64,000 nt of DNA from a virus (lineage: Duplodnaviria; Caudoviricetes): the IMG/VR virus record IMGVR_UViG_3300033121_001723, positions 1-64,000 of that record; one strand, 5' to 3'. Shown piece after piece: positions 37,339-46,499 of the stretch. Position 1 is the stretch's first letter; each line of letters opens with the position of its first letter. The position numbers and the translations under genes were made by a program. The notes below the pieces were generated by a model, which was given only the letters and a program-made list of their open reading frames with translations, was not told the origin of the DNA and did not search any database.

Positions 37339-37386
37339 AAGTCAACCACCAATCCGCGGATTATAACAAAACCTCCGCGACGGTTC

Positions 37387-37932
37387 TCATTCCTGCGGCA
37401 TCGTAGCCGCAACACCTGCAATCAGAGAGTCCAGAGACTCCAAGTAATAGACCCTGGGCGGGTTGAATTTACCAGTGACCATGGTGAACTTACCGAATCC
37501 TTTTCGACGATCCAGCGTTTCCTCCAGATGCGTCCAGTTGTGTAACACAGCCTCCGTCGCATGAGGCCACGGCATCACCATGCCAATACAAGACTTGGTT
37601 TCATCCCACCCGAGATGCTCGATCTCTTCGAGATAGCATCGAAACATGTGCAACGAAAACAGGTCGCCGCATAACAGCTGGTTCACCCCCACCTCCGCCA
37701 AGTAGGGCACATTCTTCGTGAACAGCTTTAACGGGAAATCCGGCAGGGCTTTTTTGAGCAACCCTAGATGGATGGGAGACTTGTCGTCAGCCGCCCGCTT
37801 GAGCTCAGGAATTGAAATCCGCGGGGCCAGCTTACTCAAGATCCTGCATGTCACAACTGACTCGTGCCGGATACGGGATGCCTCGACTTCAGCCGCATCC
37901 AACCTGCTGACAATCTCGTCTCGTCGGGACAT
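37387..37932 (-). CDS. hypothetical protein (start reassigned to ATG 37932)
   Basis: ATG lies 3 nt downstream of palindrome copy 6. Confidence 0.6.
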   Translation of the reverse strand: MSRRDEIVSRLDAAEVEASRIRHESVVTCRILSKLAPRISIPELKRAADDKSPIHLGLLKKALPDFPLKLFTKNVPYLAEVGVNQLLCGDLFSLHMFRCYLEEIEHLGWDETKSCIGMVMPWPHATEAVLHNWTHLEETLDRRKGFGKFTMVTGKFNPPRVYYLESLDSLIAGVAATMPQE

Positions 37933-37935
37933 TTT

Positions 37936-37951
37936 GAATTTCCGGAAATTG
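37936..37951. promoter_or_regulatory. palindromic motif copy 6 GAATTTCCGGAAATTG
   Basis: Read directly; fills most of the 22-nt gap after the RecA stop. Confidence 0.9.
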
Positions 37952-37954
37952 AAC

Positions 37955-39307
37955 TCAGCTGTCTTCGGCGTCGTCCAAGTTACTGAGACGACACCCACGA
38001 GGATACGGGGCTGGCTGCGGAACATCGAGAATAGGAATCTCTCCTCGCCACAGCTTCCCGAGGTCGCCATTTACTGGCAATATCGGCCGGCGTTCGATAG
38101 CCAGTAGCTTATACAGCTCCGGCAGCAGGTGCGGGTGGTCGTACTCCAGGATCTCTCCGGCCTCGCTGTAAGACACCGGCGACGACTCCGGAATGCCGAG
38201 AGCTCTGGACCACACCGTCTGGGCCTTGCACTTGTGCAAATCCACGATCTTGGAGAGGTTTTTGAACAGCGTCTTCTTCCCGTCTGTGACGTCGAACGTC
38301 AGCAGCAAATCGATCGTGCTGGCGTGCCAGTCCCAGAGGAATAGTTGTTCCAGCTCACCGGTAACAGGGTTCGGCTGGTAACCCCACCTTGCCCTTGCCA
38401 CGATCTTCCTGTGGGTCGGACCCAGGGAGTTTTTTGAGCACGACATGGCAATGTTCATACCGCCGCTGTTGTCCGCACCCTCTTTGAGATTCGATAGCCG
38501 TTTCATCTCGATGGCCACGGTCTTGGCGAATCCGATCTCTGCCCCACCCTTGTGGGTGATCTTGGTCACCCCGGGCATCCGGTCGACCTGCACTTCATTA
38601 CTGTGCTGAATCAGCAGACACAAGTACGGAGCTCGTCCGATACGCCCGGTAATGTGTGTGACCCAGTCGCTGTTCAACAAAGCCATAGACGCGTAACCGC
38701 GAGCCCCGGCACCACCCTTTTCCTTCAGAAACTTTTCCCGCTCCTCCTGCGGCTTAGCGGCAGCCACTGAGTCGACAATGCCCACACCAAGCACGTCCAT
38801 CACACCATCTTTACCGGGTGTTAACCCGTCCACGTCCATCGACACGGCTCCCTGCCATTGCTGCTGAGATTCGCAATCGACTCGGCTGATGTACTTCAGC
38901 AGCTCCGGATCTTGCCGGTAGATCGCCCTGCGTAAGCCTGGCGAGTCCTTCTGCTCGACATCGTAATATCGGGCGTACCCACCGTATGTCACGATCCAGC
39001 GGGAGATCTCGAACGCCATGGCTGTCTTGCAGCTACCAAACAAGCCAGCCACGGTCAGTACCCGGCTGAGAGGCATCGCCTCGTTGTGGAACAGCCATCG
39101 CAGACAGAGACTTGGCAGGGCAATGCCTCCGCAACGGAGCTCCGCTTGCTCTTGGTTCAGTATCGCGTCACCCCCAAACAGATGATTGATCTGCCGGTTA
39201 GCCGCGGCCTGCAGTGCGTCTCTACGGGCGCTGCGTCCTTCCGGCCCTCCGTGGGCTTGGGCTTTCATGCCGGCCGTCTTCGGAGAAACGGCCTTTTTCT
39301 TAGCCAT
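37955..39307 (-). CDS. recA: RecA/UvsX-like recombinase
   Basis: LPSLCLRWL...P..RVLTVAGLFGSCKT (Walker A), YYDVE, IVDSVAA (Walker B), KGG..I.F, KNSLGP. Confidence 0.85.
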   Translation of the reverse strand: MAKKKAVSPKTAGMKAQAHGGPEGRSARRDALQAAANRQINHLFGGDAILNQEQAELRCGGIALPSLCLRWLFHNEAMPLSRVLTVAGLFGSCKTAMAFEISRWIVTYGGYARYYDVEQKDSPGLRRAIYRQDPELLKYISRVDCESQQQWQGAVSMDVDGLTPGKDGVMDVLGVGIVDSVAAAKPQEEREKFLKEKGGAGARGYASMALLNSDWVTHITGRIGRAPYLCLLIQHSNEVQVDRMPGVTKITHKGGAEIGFAKTVAIEMKRLSNLKEGADNSGGMNIAMSCSKNSLGPTHRKIVARARWGYQPNPVTGELEQLFLWDWHASTIDLLLTFDVTDGKKTLFKNLSKIVDLHKCKAQTVWSRALGIPESSPVSYSEAGEILEYDHPHLLPELYKLLAIERRPILPVNGDLGKLWRGEIPILDVPQPAPYPRGCRLSNLDDAEDS

Positions 39308-39351
39308 TCTCGTTTTTCCCTTCTAAACTCGAAAACCGTAGTACGGACAAG

Positions 39352-39381
39352 AAAGCAGCCCCCGAGAACCTCGGGGGCTGC
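39352..39381 (-). terminator. rho-independent terminator after the putative SSB
   Basis: GCAGCCCCCGAG-GTT-CTCGGGGGCTGC then TTTCTTGT. Confidence 0.8.
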
Positions 39382-39396
39382 GGTTACAGGCTCAGA

Positions 39397-41043
39397 CTAC
39401 TGCCCGAGGAAACTACGTGCGGACGCCAAGGCGGCCGCATTCGGATCGTACGGTGCGGGCTGCTGCTGCATCGGAGGCTGCATCGGCTGCGGGGCGTACC
39501 CGGGCGGGTACTGACCGGGCTGCTGCTGTTGATAACCCCCTTGCTGCGGCGGCTGCTGCTGCTGCGGCTGCGGCTGCTGCTGCGGCTGCTGCGGCGCCGG
39601 AGCGTTAAACACAGACCCGGCCGCTTGGACAACCGGATCTTGCGGAACACGCCGCATCGCCGGATCGGCATTCACGTCTGTCCCGAGGCCCAAGTTAGCC
39701 CAAGGATTTACCCCTGGCTGCGGCGGAGCCGAAGGAGTCGGCTGTGCCACCGGTGCGGCTGTCCCGGCCAGCGGGGGAACACCAGGATACTGACCCTGTG
39801 CCGGAGGAGGCTGGTAGCCCTGTGGTGGGTACGGCCCCTGAGCCGGAGGCTGGTAGCCCTGTGGCACGTACTGGCCTTGAGCTGGGTACTGACCCTGCGG
39901 AGAGTACTGAACCGGAGGCTGGTACCCCTGCGGAGGATACTGTCCTTGCGGTGGGTACTGGGCCTGAGATCCGGCCATCGGCACAGAAACACGAGCCCGA
40001 ACGATCTTGAGCACGTCGCCTGTCAACCAATCTGGATGGTCTTGGAATGCGTATTCGATCGCATTTCCAGGGAACACCCGCGTCAGCAACAGCACCTGCT
40101 CTTCGACACTCGGGAAGTGCAACAACTCTCGCCAAGTCTTGCTGCGGGCCCGCATCGCAGCCTCCGCACCAGAGGCTTTGACAAAGTTGGCCGGCCACTG
40201 CCCATACATCGGCTCGATTCGAATATCGTAGCCGATTTCCTTGTCCTTCGACCCTCCGCCGCTTCCGTTGCCGGTTGCGTCAAAAGAGATCGGACCCGAC
40301 GGGGCCGCTTGGGCTTGAGCCAAAGCACCCCCAGCCTGACAGAATCGGATGAAGCGTCCGGTTTCATACGAAATCGGATCACCATACCGCATGTAGGTCT
40401 CCAAGTCGTTGGGGTTGGTCGCCGCTGGATTTACCTCGTTCAGCATGGCGACCAGCTTACGACCAGTCCCACCTTTCAGCTGCAGAATGTGCAACTTGTG
40501 ATCGGCACCCATCCCCCGAGGCGGGTTGAGGTACTTCTCGTTTTTGCACTCCAGCAACAGACCCTGCATGAAGTGGTAGTTGTCCGGCCTGGCCAGCTGT
40601 GTTCCCTTGGGCGAACTCTTCAGCCAGTTGTGCCAAGACTGATCCAACGCCTGACTGGCCTTACAGGCCTGCTCGATAGCGTTGTACAGGACGTACGGCG
40701 GGCAATTCGACATGTCGAAGCCCTCGTCAGCCGCCGGGTCATACAGCAAGAACGTTGTGAAACCGTTGACACCCCCGCTGAAGGCCGGGTAGGCCACAAG
40801 CCACTGTCCAAACTGGTCCGGCTCCCAAGCCTCATGCCCCTCGCCGGCTTCCCGGTAAGGAGAGAATGTGCCATCCTCGTGCCTGACTGGCAACGGACGG
40901 AACGTGGTGATTGTGTTGCCCCAGCTGGGACGCCACAGAGACGCTGCGACACCAGGCTTCAGCAGTTTGCTGTCGCCAGAATTGAAATTTGTGGCTCCGT
41001 GATCTGCGAAACGGTAGCCACGCCGCGGTGCGGGTGCGTTCAT
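39397..41043 (-). CDS. putative ssDNA-binding protein with long Q/P/G/Y low-complexity tail
   Basis: Position between PolA and RecA; TITTFRPLP N-terminal pattern; repeated QYPPQG units. Confidence 0.5.
   Translation of the reverse strand: MNAPAPRRGYRFADHGATNFNSGDSKLLKPGVAASLWRPSWGNTITTFRPLPVRHEDGTFSPYREAGEGHEAWEPDQFGQWLVAYPAFSGGVNGFTTFLLYDPAADEGFDMSNCPPYVLYNAIEQACKASQALDQSWHNWLKSSPKGTQLARPDNYHFMQGLLLECKNEKYLNPPRGMGADHKLHILQLKGGTGRKLVAMLNEVNPAATNPNDLETYMRYGDPISYETGRFIRFCQAGGALAQAQAAPSGPISFDATGNGSGGGSKDKEIGYDIRIEPMYGQWPANFVKASGAEAAMRARSKTWRELLHFPSVEEQVLLLTRVFPGNAIEYAFQDHPDWLTGDVLKIVRARVSVPMAGSQAQYPPQGQYPPQGYQPPVQYSPQGQYPAQGQYVPQGYQPPAQGPYPPQGYQPPPAQGQYPGVPPLAGTAAPVAQPTPSAPPQPGVNPWANLGLGTDVNADPAMRRVPQDPVVQAAGSVFNAPAPQQPQQQPQPQQQQPPQQGGYQQQQPGQYPPGYAPQPMQPPMQQQPAPYDPNAAALASARSFLGQ
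39537..39960. repeat. low-complexity coding repeats (CAG/CCG runs; repeated GGAGGCTGGTAGCCCTGTGG units)
   Basis: Encodes PQG(Q)YxPP and poly-Q/P on the - strand. Confidence 0.8.
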
Positions 41044-41160
41044 CGACTTCCTATCTTCAAAAAACTTCGGAAACTCTTACCGCGACGACATTGCCGCGAT
41101 AATCAGATTGTCACAATCGCAAGCACTAAACGCAAGCGACCTGACCCACTTCCGTAACAC

Positions 41161-44100
41161 CTACGCGACAGCCAGTTTGTGCAGCAAATCTATAACTGTG
41201 CCATCATTTTTCGGATCTTCCAGCAGCTGCGTAATCTTCGGATGGTCTGCACCCATCTTGGCTTCACAGACATCATCGATCGACTCACCGGCTCTGTAAC
41301 CGATCTCGCGACTACCCTGCAGGTGGTACGGTTCCAGCAGTGGCAGCCGGTGCCCATCAAAATCGCAGGGCCAGATATCGACCCCGTTGAACATACACTC
41401 CGGGAATACGGTCCGGTAAACCTCTGGAACATGTTCGTACGGAACCGCCAACCGGATGGCGTCGTGGATCTGCAGCGAGAACTTGAACAGGTTCGGGTTT
41501 CCCCGTCGTTCCCGGTACTCGTACATATTTCCAAGTGCTGTCCAGACAGAGTCGGCAACTAGGTTCTGAATTCGAAAATTCTTCGCTTGGCGTTCCTGAT
41601 CTGACCGCACTTTTTCGTCGTCGGTCCATGGAAACCGCCTGCGGCGTCCAAACACACCACACAGGTGCCCGGGCTCGTACACCCGTTTCACACACTCGTC
41701 CAGCTGCTCCTTGACCGCTGGATACCGCTCAAAATAGTAATCGATGATCGCCTGAGCTTCTGCCTCGGTACATGGTGTCCCTTCCGCCAGGCAGGCCATC
41801 GCAATCGCTTGGGCACTGATCCCGTACGGAGTTCCGAACACTACACCCTTGGCAGCGGTACGCAAGGACGACTTGTTGAGCTTCTTCAAGGCTTTCTTCG
41901 TAGGCTCACACTGCAGCTTGAACGCACGAACCGCCATCATCGAATGGATGTCTTGGTACTCCGGATGATTTTCCGGAAGCAGATTTCGCCGTACGTCGTC
42001 CATCCCCTGCGGGTCCTGAGACAACCACATGATCCCGGCAATTTCCGCACCGGTATAATCCGACTCCATGAACACGTGACCGGCCGGAGGGATGAATATC
42101 GACTTCACCGACACCGTGTACAACGGCTCAGGGAACAGCCGGATGTAGCTACCGCGGTGAACAGGCCCTTCGCTTGACTCTTCCAAGTAGCCCATGATTA
42201 ACCGGTAGTTGTCTTCACGCCGCGAACTGATCGCCTGCAGGTTCGGCTTCGACATCGAGCCGCGGCCTGTTTCCTTATCCTGCCGCTGTCGCCCATGCAC
42301 ACGGCCGTCGGAACTCAAATAGGACAGAAGTCCCTTTTCGTAGACGAACTCCCCGTCTTCGTCGACTTGGTAATCCCCGGTGTTCTTATCGATGTCTGGT
42401 CGTCGCAACGTTGTGGTCAACATCTGTCCTAAGAAGCGAGTGTCTCGCAACTGTGAGGCCACAAGGCTCCGTTCGGACAGGATTCCCAGCACCGTCTTGT
42501 CTGTCGACGGTGAAAACGAATCTTCCAGTCCGTCAGCTTCGATACGCGACCAGAGTTTCTTTCTCTTACCTGTCGTCAGCACAGGTTTCAGGTTCTGACT
42601 GACAGCCCCTTCCGGCAGCAGATATATCCATTGCTGCTCGGCAAATGACCCGTTCGGCGGGTTCTCCTTGTGGTACTTGTTGATCTTGGTGTTTGCCGCT
42701 TTCCACTGCTGGAAAACCTTTTTCATTTCCTTCGGCACGTAGTCCTTGTGTGGCTTACCGACATCGTCCGGCATGTAAGGCATCAACTGGGCTTCCAGTT
42801 CTTGCCGTTCTGCGTCAAACGGTGTCGGCCGCATGGCCAGGATTCTTTTGGCCCCTTCGGCAGGCGTCTCACCGTCCAGCAGCCGAAACGACGGATAACC
42901 AGGTGGTGCCATTTTCTTGGCGAACTTGTCTCCAAACAGCATCGCCCGACACTGACTATCGGACGCCGGGTTGAACGTAGGCCAATTCAGCTGCACCCGC
43001 AGGTCCGCAATTAGCTGATTCCTGACAAAGGTGAACTTGGTGGCCAACTCGGCGATGCGGACAGGATCTGGTACTACCCCCTCCATCTCCATCTCTAGGA
43101 CCGCCAATGATGCCCTATGATTCCTCCAGTACGGCTCGCGGCAGTCGTGTCCGTTGCTGTCCTTCTCGACGATCTTCGAGAGCGTGTCGCATATTCTCCA
43201 TGTCACGTCGGCGTCGTAACAGTTCGAGACAAACCCCGCCTTTGTCAGAAAATTTCCGGCCCCTTCTACTGTTAAACAGTACCGCACCCCGAGTCCCCGC
43301 CGAACCTGGGCTGCCTGGTCTAAGGCTACGACTTCCAGCACTTCCTCGCAGAAGTAGTCCGCTCCGTGCCGGATTTCGTAAGGCTTCCGGCTGGGCTTCA
43401 ACATCTTATAGCTCATCGCCGGATGACCATACCGTTCCACTAGGTTTTGCAACCCTTGGAAGGCGGCACCGACAAACTGTATAAACCGTCCCGGTGTATT
43501 GTAGGTCACGCCTGGTCCGAGCCGTGCCGACAGCCAGTCCAAAACCAGCACCTGCTCCTCGGCGTCTATTACCGCCGCGATTCTCGCACTCGGCGACTGT
43601 CGCTCGCACCCGACGAGGGTTCCGTCATCTTGGTACCATACCGCCAGCCCGATATCACCCAGGTTGGCTAACACCTCCTTCGTGATCCGTAGTTTCCGGT
43701 GCCCGTGCTCGGCCTCCGGCTTGGTTGGGAATCTGTCCGCCAAGTATCTGAAATACTTCCCATACGGAGTTTCGTACCGACGCTGCCGGCTCCTGACCCT
43801 AAGCTTCGGCTTGTGTGTCGAAAAACATGCGGCCTTCCAGTCCGCATATTCCGCCACGGCGTTACGTTGTCCGAACCCGAATCCAACAGACTTGCCGTTC
43901 TGGTGCTGCAGCCCTCCGTCTCCTAGCAAGCAGGCCAGGAAAACACTCAGCTGATCGCTAGAAAACTCAAGCTCGTCTGTTCGAATACGGTCTCCAGGCT
44001 GGAGCCGGTCGATCCGGCACTTGCCCCGTTGCGTCAAAATCTTGTGATCCGGAGTGAACACCGGACCCATTAAACCGTGCCGGCCCTGTGGCGTAGTTGC

Positions 44101-45738
44101 AGTACGTAACCGTACCCAATTTTTTTGCCCGACGTCGTTCCTGTGCCAGCCGACAACTGAGGCGTCGATAACGTCGCCGCAGGGCCCGTAGGCCTTTACT
44201 TGGCCGCCGTACTTCTCTTTAACCAACACGTCTATGGCCCGCCACGAGCCGTCAGACAATTGCACCAAGCTGCCTTTCTGCAGGCAGGCGTAGCTGTAGA
44301 ACTCGGGTTCGTCCCAGTCTCCAAACCCTTCGAGCTCGTCCTCCTCCAGTCCGTTCTTTAGACAATAGGCTTTCTTCCAGCGTTCCAACTTCACTTCATA
44401 CGGCGGGGCCGTGGTGTACTTCGACCGTAATGCTTCCAGGCCGAACGGACCGGTCTCATTGACGGCGTGCTCCATCAAGTTGGTTTCCCAGCCTGATCCC
44501 GGCTTGAACACGTCTGCCGGAGCCGGTCCCGGCTTGTAATACGGCCGCAGATCAATGCCGGCCTTCAGCAGGAACCACGGAGTATCCGACCGAAGAAAGT
44601 GCCCGCCGATCCGGGCTCCCGGCTGCGTAACTAACCGGGAAATCTGCCGGTATGCCGCCTCCGGACTCGGAGTAAAGGCAGGCTGACCGCCCGGGTGGGT
44701 CAACTTGACACAGACCGCAAACTTGGCTTTGTGGCTGAACTGGATGGTTCGCAAGTACGAACCCGGGTCCCACGGGTTTCGACCATGCCACTCGGCATCA
44801 AGGGCTCTGACCAGGGACGATGGATTTGGATCAGCCAGAATCTCGTCGACAATCTGTGCCAGCTCTGCCTCGTTGTCGACGACACGGTGGTCCACGTCTG
44901 TCTCGTCTCCTCCGATGTCGTCGCCGCACAGCAGTCGCCAGAACAGTGCTAATCCGCTGTTCAGTTCTCCCGCCATCTCGGGTTTGTTGTAGACCTGAGC
45001 AGGATGCAGGACGGCCATGACTTGGGCTGTGCCAAACTCATTCTCGCCGATCTGGTAGGTGAACTGCTCGACTCGGCCTCGCATGGCCTTCAGCGTCAGT
45101 CCTGTCAGCTCACGACAGGTGTCCGCCCCGAGACACAGGATGTACTTGGGCCGGACCAGTCTGAGTTCTTGGTGCAGTAGCGGAGCACAGTCCTCGATCA
45201 GCGTTGTAGACATCTTGGAGGCATTCTGATCGGGCGGTCGAAACCGTACGAGATTTGTCAGATACCAAGATTCTCTGGCAGTCTCGTCGATTCCGAGCTG
45301 TCCGCAGGTTCTCCAGAACAACTCGCTGGTAGGACCTTGAAAATTCAATCCCTGCTCTTCTTCTTCGGCCCCCGGGTGTTTCCCGATAACCATCACAGGG
45401 CACGGGTGGATCTCCCCGGGTGTCCAGTTATACCTGTGTCCCCGCAGAAACTTACAGGACACGTTTTTGTTACCCACCGGTATCGGTAAGGCAAAATCGT
45501 CGCTGTACAAGGCTTGAAAATGGAGCAGGGATAGCAGCGGACCCGGCTTCACCAAACGCCGGCTTCTCCCGACCCCATCGTACGTCGACACGTCTCCCAG
45601 CTGCTCGGCGTGTGCCGCAAAATGCGGGCCTGGTAAAGGCATTCCTGCGGACTCCAGGGGGTAGAACGGAGCCCCGGGCACATCTAAAACGCCTGTCGTC
45701 AACAACTGCCGGTAGACCGTCTCATCCAATGGATACAA
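41161..45738 (-). CDS. polA: family A DNA polymerase with N-terminal UDG-like domain, 3'-5' exonuclease and intein
   Basis: UDG: IGKHPG, LTNLVRFRPP, LHPA; ExoI ALDAEW; motif A ESDYTGAE, motif B AKGVVFGTPYG, motif C IHDA; GGAGG before TTG. Confidence 0.95.
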   Translation of the reverse strand: MYPLDETVYRQLLTTGVLDVPGAPFYPLESAGMPLPGPHFAAHAEQLGDVSTYDGVGRSRRLVKPGPLLSLLHFQALYSDDFALPIPVGNKNVSCKFLRGHRYNWTPGEIHPCPVMVIGKHPGAEEEEQGLNFQGPTSELFWRTCGQLGIDETARESWYLTNLVRFRPPDQNASKMSTTLIEDCAPLLHQELRLVRPKYILCLGADTCRELTGLTLKAMRGRVEQFTYQIGENEFGTAQVMAVLHPAQVYNKPEMAGELNSGLALFWRLLCGDDIGGDETDVDHRVVDNEAELAQIVDEILADPNPSSLVRALDAEWHGRNPWDPGSYLRTIQFSHKAKFAVCVKLTHPGGQPAFTPSPEAAYRQISRLVTQPGARIGGHFLRSDTPWFLLKAGIDLRPYYKPGPAPADVFKPGSGWETNLMEHAVNETGPFGLEALRSKYTTAPPYEVKLERWKKAYCLKNGLEEDELEGFGDWDEPEFYSYACLQKGSLVQLSDGSWRAIDVLVKEKYGGQVKAYGPCGDVIDASVVGWHRNDVGQKNWVRLRTATTPQGRHGLMGPVFTPDHKILTQRGKCRIDRLQPGDRIRTDELEFSSDQLSVFLACLLGDGGLQHQNGKSVGFGFGQRNAVAEYADWKAACFSTHKPKLRVRSRQRRYETPYGKYFRYLADRFPTKPEAEHGHRKLRITKEVLANLGDIGLAVWYQDDGTLVGCERQSPSARIAAVIDAEEQVLVLDWLSARLGPGVTYNTPGRFIQFVGAAFQGLQNLVERYGHPAMSYKMLKPSRKPYEIRHGADYFCEEVLEVVALDQAAQVRRGLGVRYCLTVEGAGNFLTKAGFVSNCYDADVTWRICDTLSKIVEKDSNGHDCREPYWRNHRASLAVLEMEMEGVVPDPVRIAELATKFTFVRNQLIADLRVQLNWPTFNPASDSQCRAMLFGDKFAKKMAPPGYPSFRLLDGETPAEGAKRILAMRPTPFDAERQELEAQLMPYMPDDVGKPHKDYVPKEMKKVFQQWKAANTKINKYHKENPPNGSFAEQQWIYLLPEGAVSQNLKPVLTTGKRKKLWSRIEADGLEDSFSPSTDKTVLGILSERSLVASQLRDTRFLGQMLTTTLRRPDIDKNTGDYQVDEDGEFVYEKGLLSYLSSDGRVHGRQRQDKETGRGSMSKPNLQAISSRREDNYRLIMGYLEESSEGPVHRGSYIRLFPEPLYTVSVKSIFIPPAGHVFMESDYTGAEIAGIMWLSQDPQGMDDVRRNLLPENHPEYQDIHSMMAVRAFKLQCEPTKKALKKLNKSSLRTAAKGVVFGTPYGISAQAIAMACLAEGTPCTEAEAQAIIDYYFERYPAVKEQLDECVKRVYEPGHLCGVFGRRRRFPWTDDEKVRSDQERQAKNFRIQNLVADSVWTALGNMYEYRERRGNPNLFKFSLQIHDAIRLAVPYEHVPEVYRTVFPECMFNGVDIWPCDFDGHRLPLLEPYHLQGSREIGYRAGESIDDVCEAKMGADHPKITQLLEDPKNDGTVIDLLHKLAVA
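43222..44286 (-). mobile_element. 355-aa intein with LAGLIDADG homing endonuclease (residues 485-839)
   Basis: YA|CLQKGSLVQLSDG start, block B TPDH, LACLLGDG and LAVWYQDDG, end FVSN|CYDAD. Confidence 0.92.
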
Positions 45739-45748
45739 GCAACACCTC

Positions 45749-45764
45749 CAATTTCCAGAAATTG
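45749..45764. promoter_or_regulatory. palindromic motif copy 7 CAATTTCCAGAAATTG
   Basis: Read directly; abuts the GGAGG RBS of polA. Confidence 0.9.
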
Positions 45765-45817
45765 ACCCGACTCGCCCCTACCCCCGGTTATCACGACTCC
45801 GGGTAGTCTGTTCAGTG

Positions 45818-46493
45818 TCACTGGCCCCACTGTTGGGCCATCGCCGCAGCAATCCCACGATAGGTCAAAGACCGTATCGCTCCACGGTCTTTTGTTGGAG
45901 GCAGCTTATTTTGACCACTGTCGGTCTGATTTGACCACCGCTCCACGAGTTTTCCTGTTCGCGGATCTTTGACAATCCGCCCTTGAATTCTCTTGGTCGG
46001 CTGCAAACAGGGCACCCCGTTTAACCACAGGGCGGTGCCCTTACTGGCGTCTTCTCCGAAATCATACGGCTGCACGATCTGGTCTGGAGGCCTCCATTCC
46101 GTGGATAACACCCCCGTCGGGTTCTCGATCACCGTTTTCGGTATGCCGCAGTCCCCGGAGTCTGTAGACAAACTCCAGTGCCTGCTCCCTTGCCTCCCGT
46201 CTGACAGACCCGGTCAGTGTCCCAGGCTTCACCTTTTGGTGATAACCCACTCCGGGATACCGCTCGAAGTCCGGGTCCTTGTAGGCCCACTCCGCTGAAC
46301 ACGTCAGATACGTACACGTCGGGTGGAATATCCCCAAATCCCAATCCCGGTCCAATACCGTCAAGACGTCAACTTGCAAATGCTGCCCTCCTGTGGGGCA
46401 GGGCAGCAGATCGCAAGACCACGCGTCGTGCCCGAGTTTTGCAAACTCGTCTCGAACACGACCTGAACATTCACAACCCACTAGAACTCGCAT
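45818..46493 (-). pseudogene. C5-cytosine DNA methyltransferase split by a 1-nt frameshift near 46153-46156
   Basis: 5' part MRVLVGCECSGRVRDEF...HPTCTYL; 3' part IENP...QPYDFG...KGTALWL..RWSNQTDSGQNKL in another frame. Confidence 0.85.
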
Positions 46494-46499
46494 CGGCGT

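Noticed and set aside
39537-39600. CAG/CTG triplet run as a contingency locus
   Set aside because: Interrupted, in frame, and simply encodes poly-Q/P
39529-41157. 542-aa + strand ORF, and other long antisense ORFs (1008..1994, 23009..24142, 5536..6531, 11484..12470)
   Set aside because: Shadows of real - strand genes in GC-rich or low-complexity DNA; no motifs or RBS
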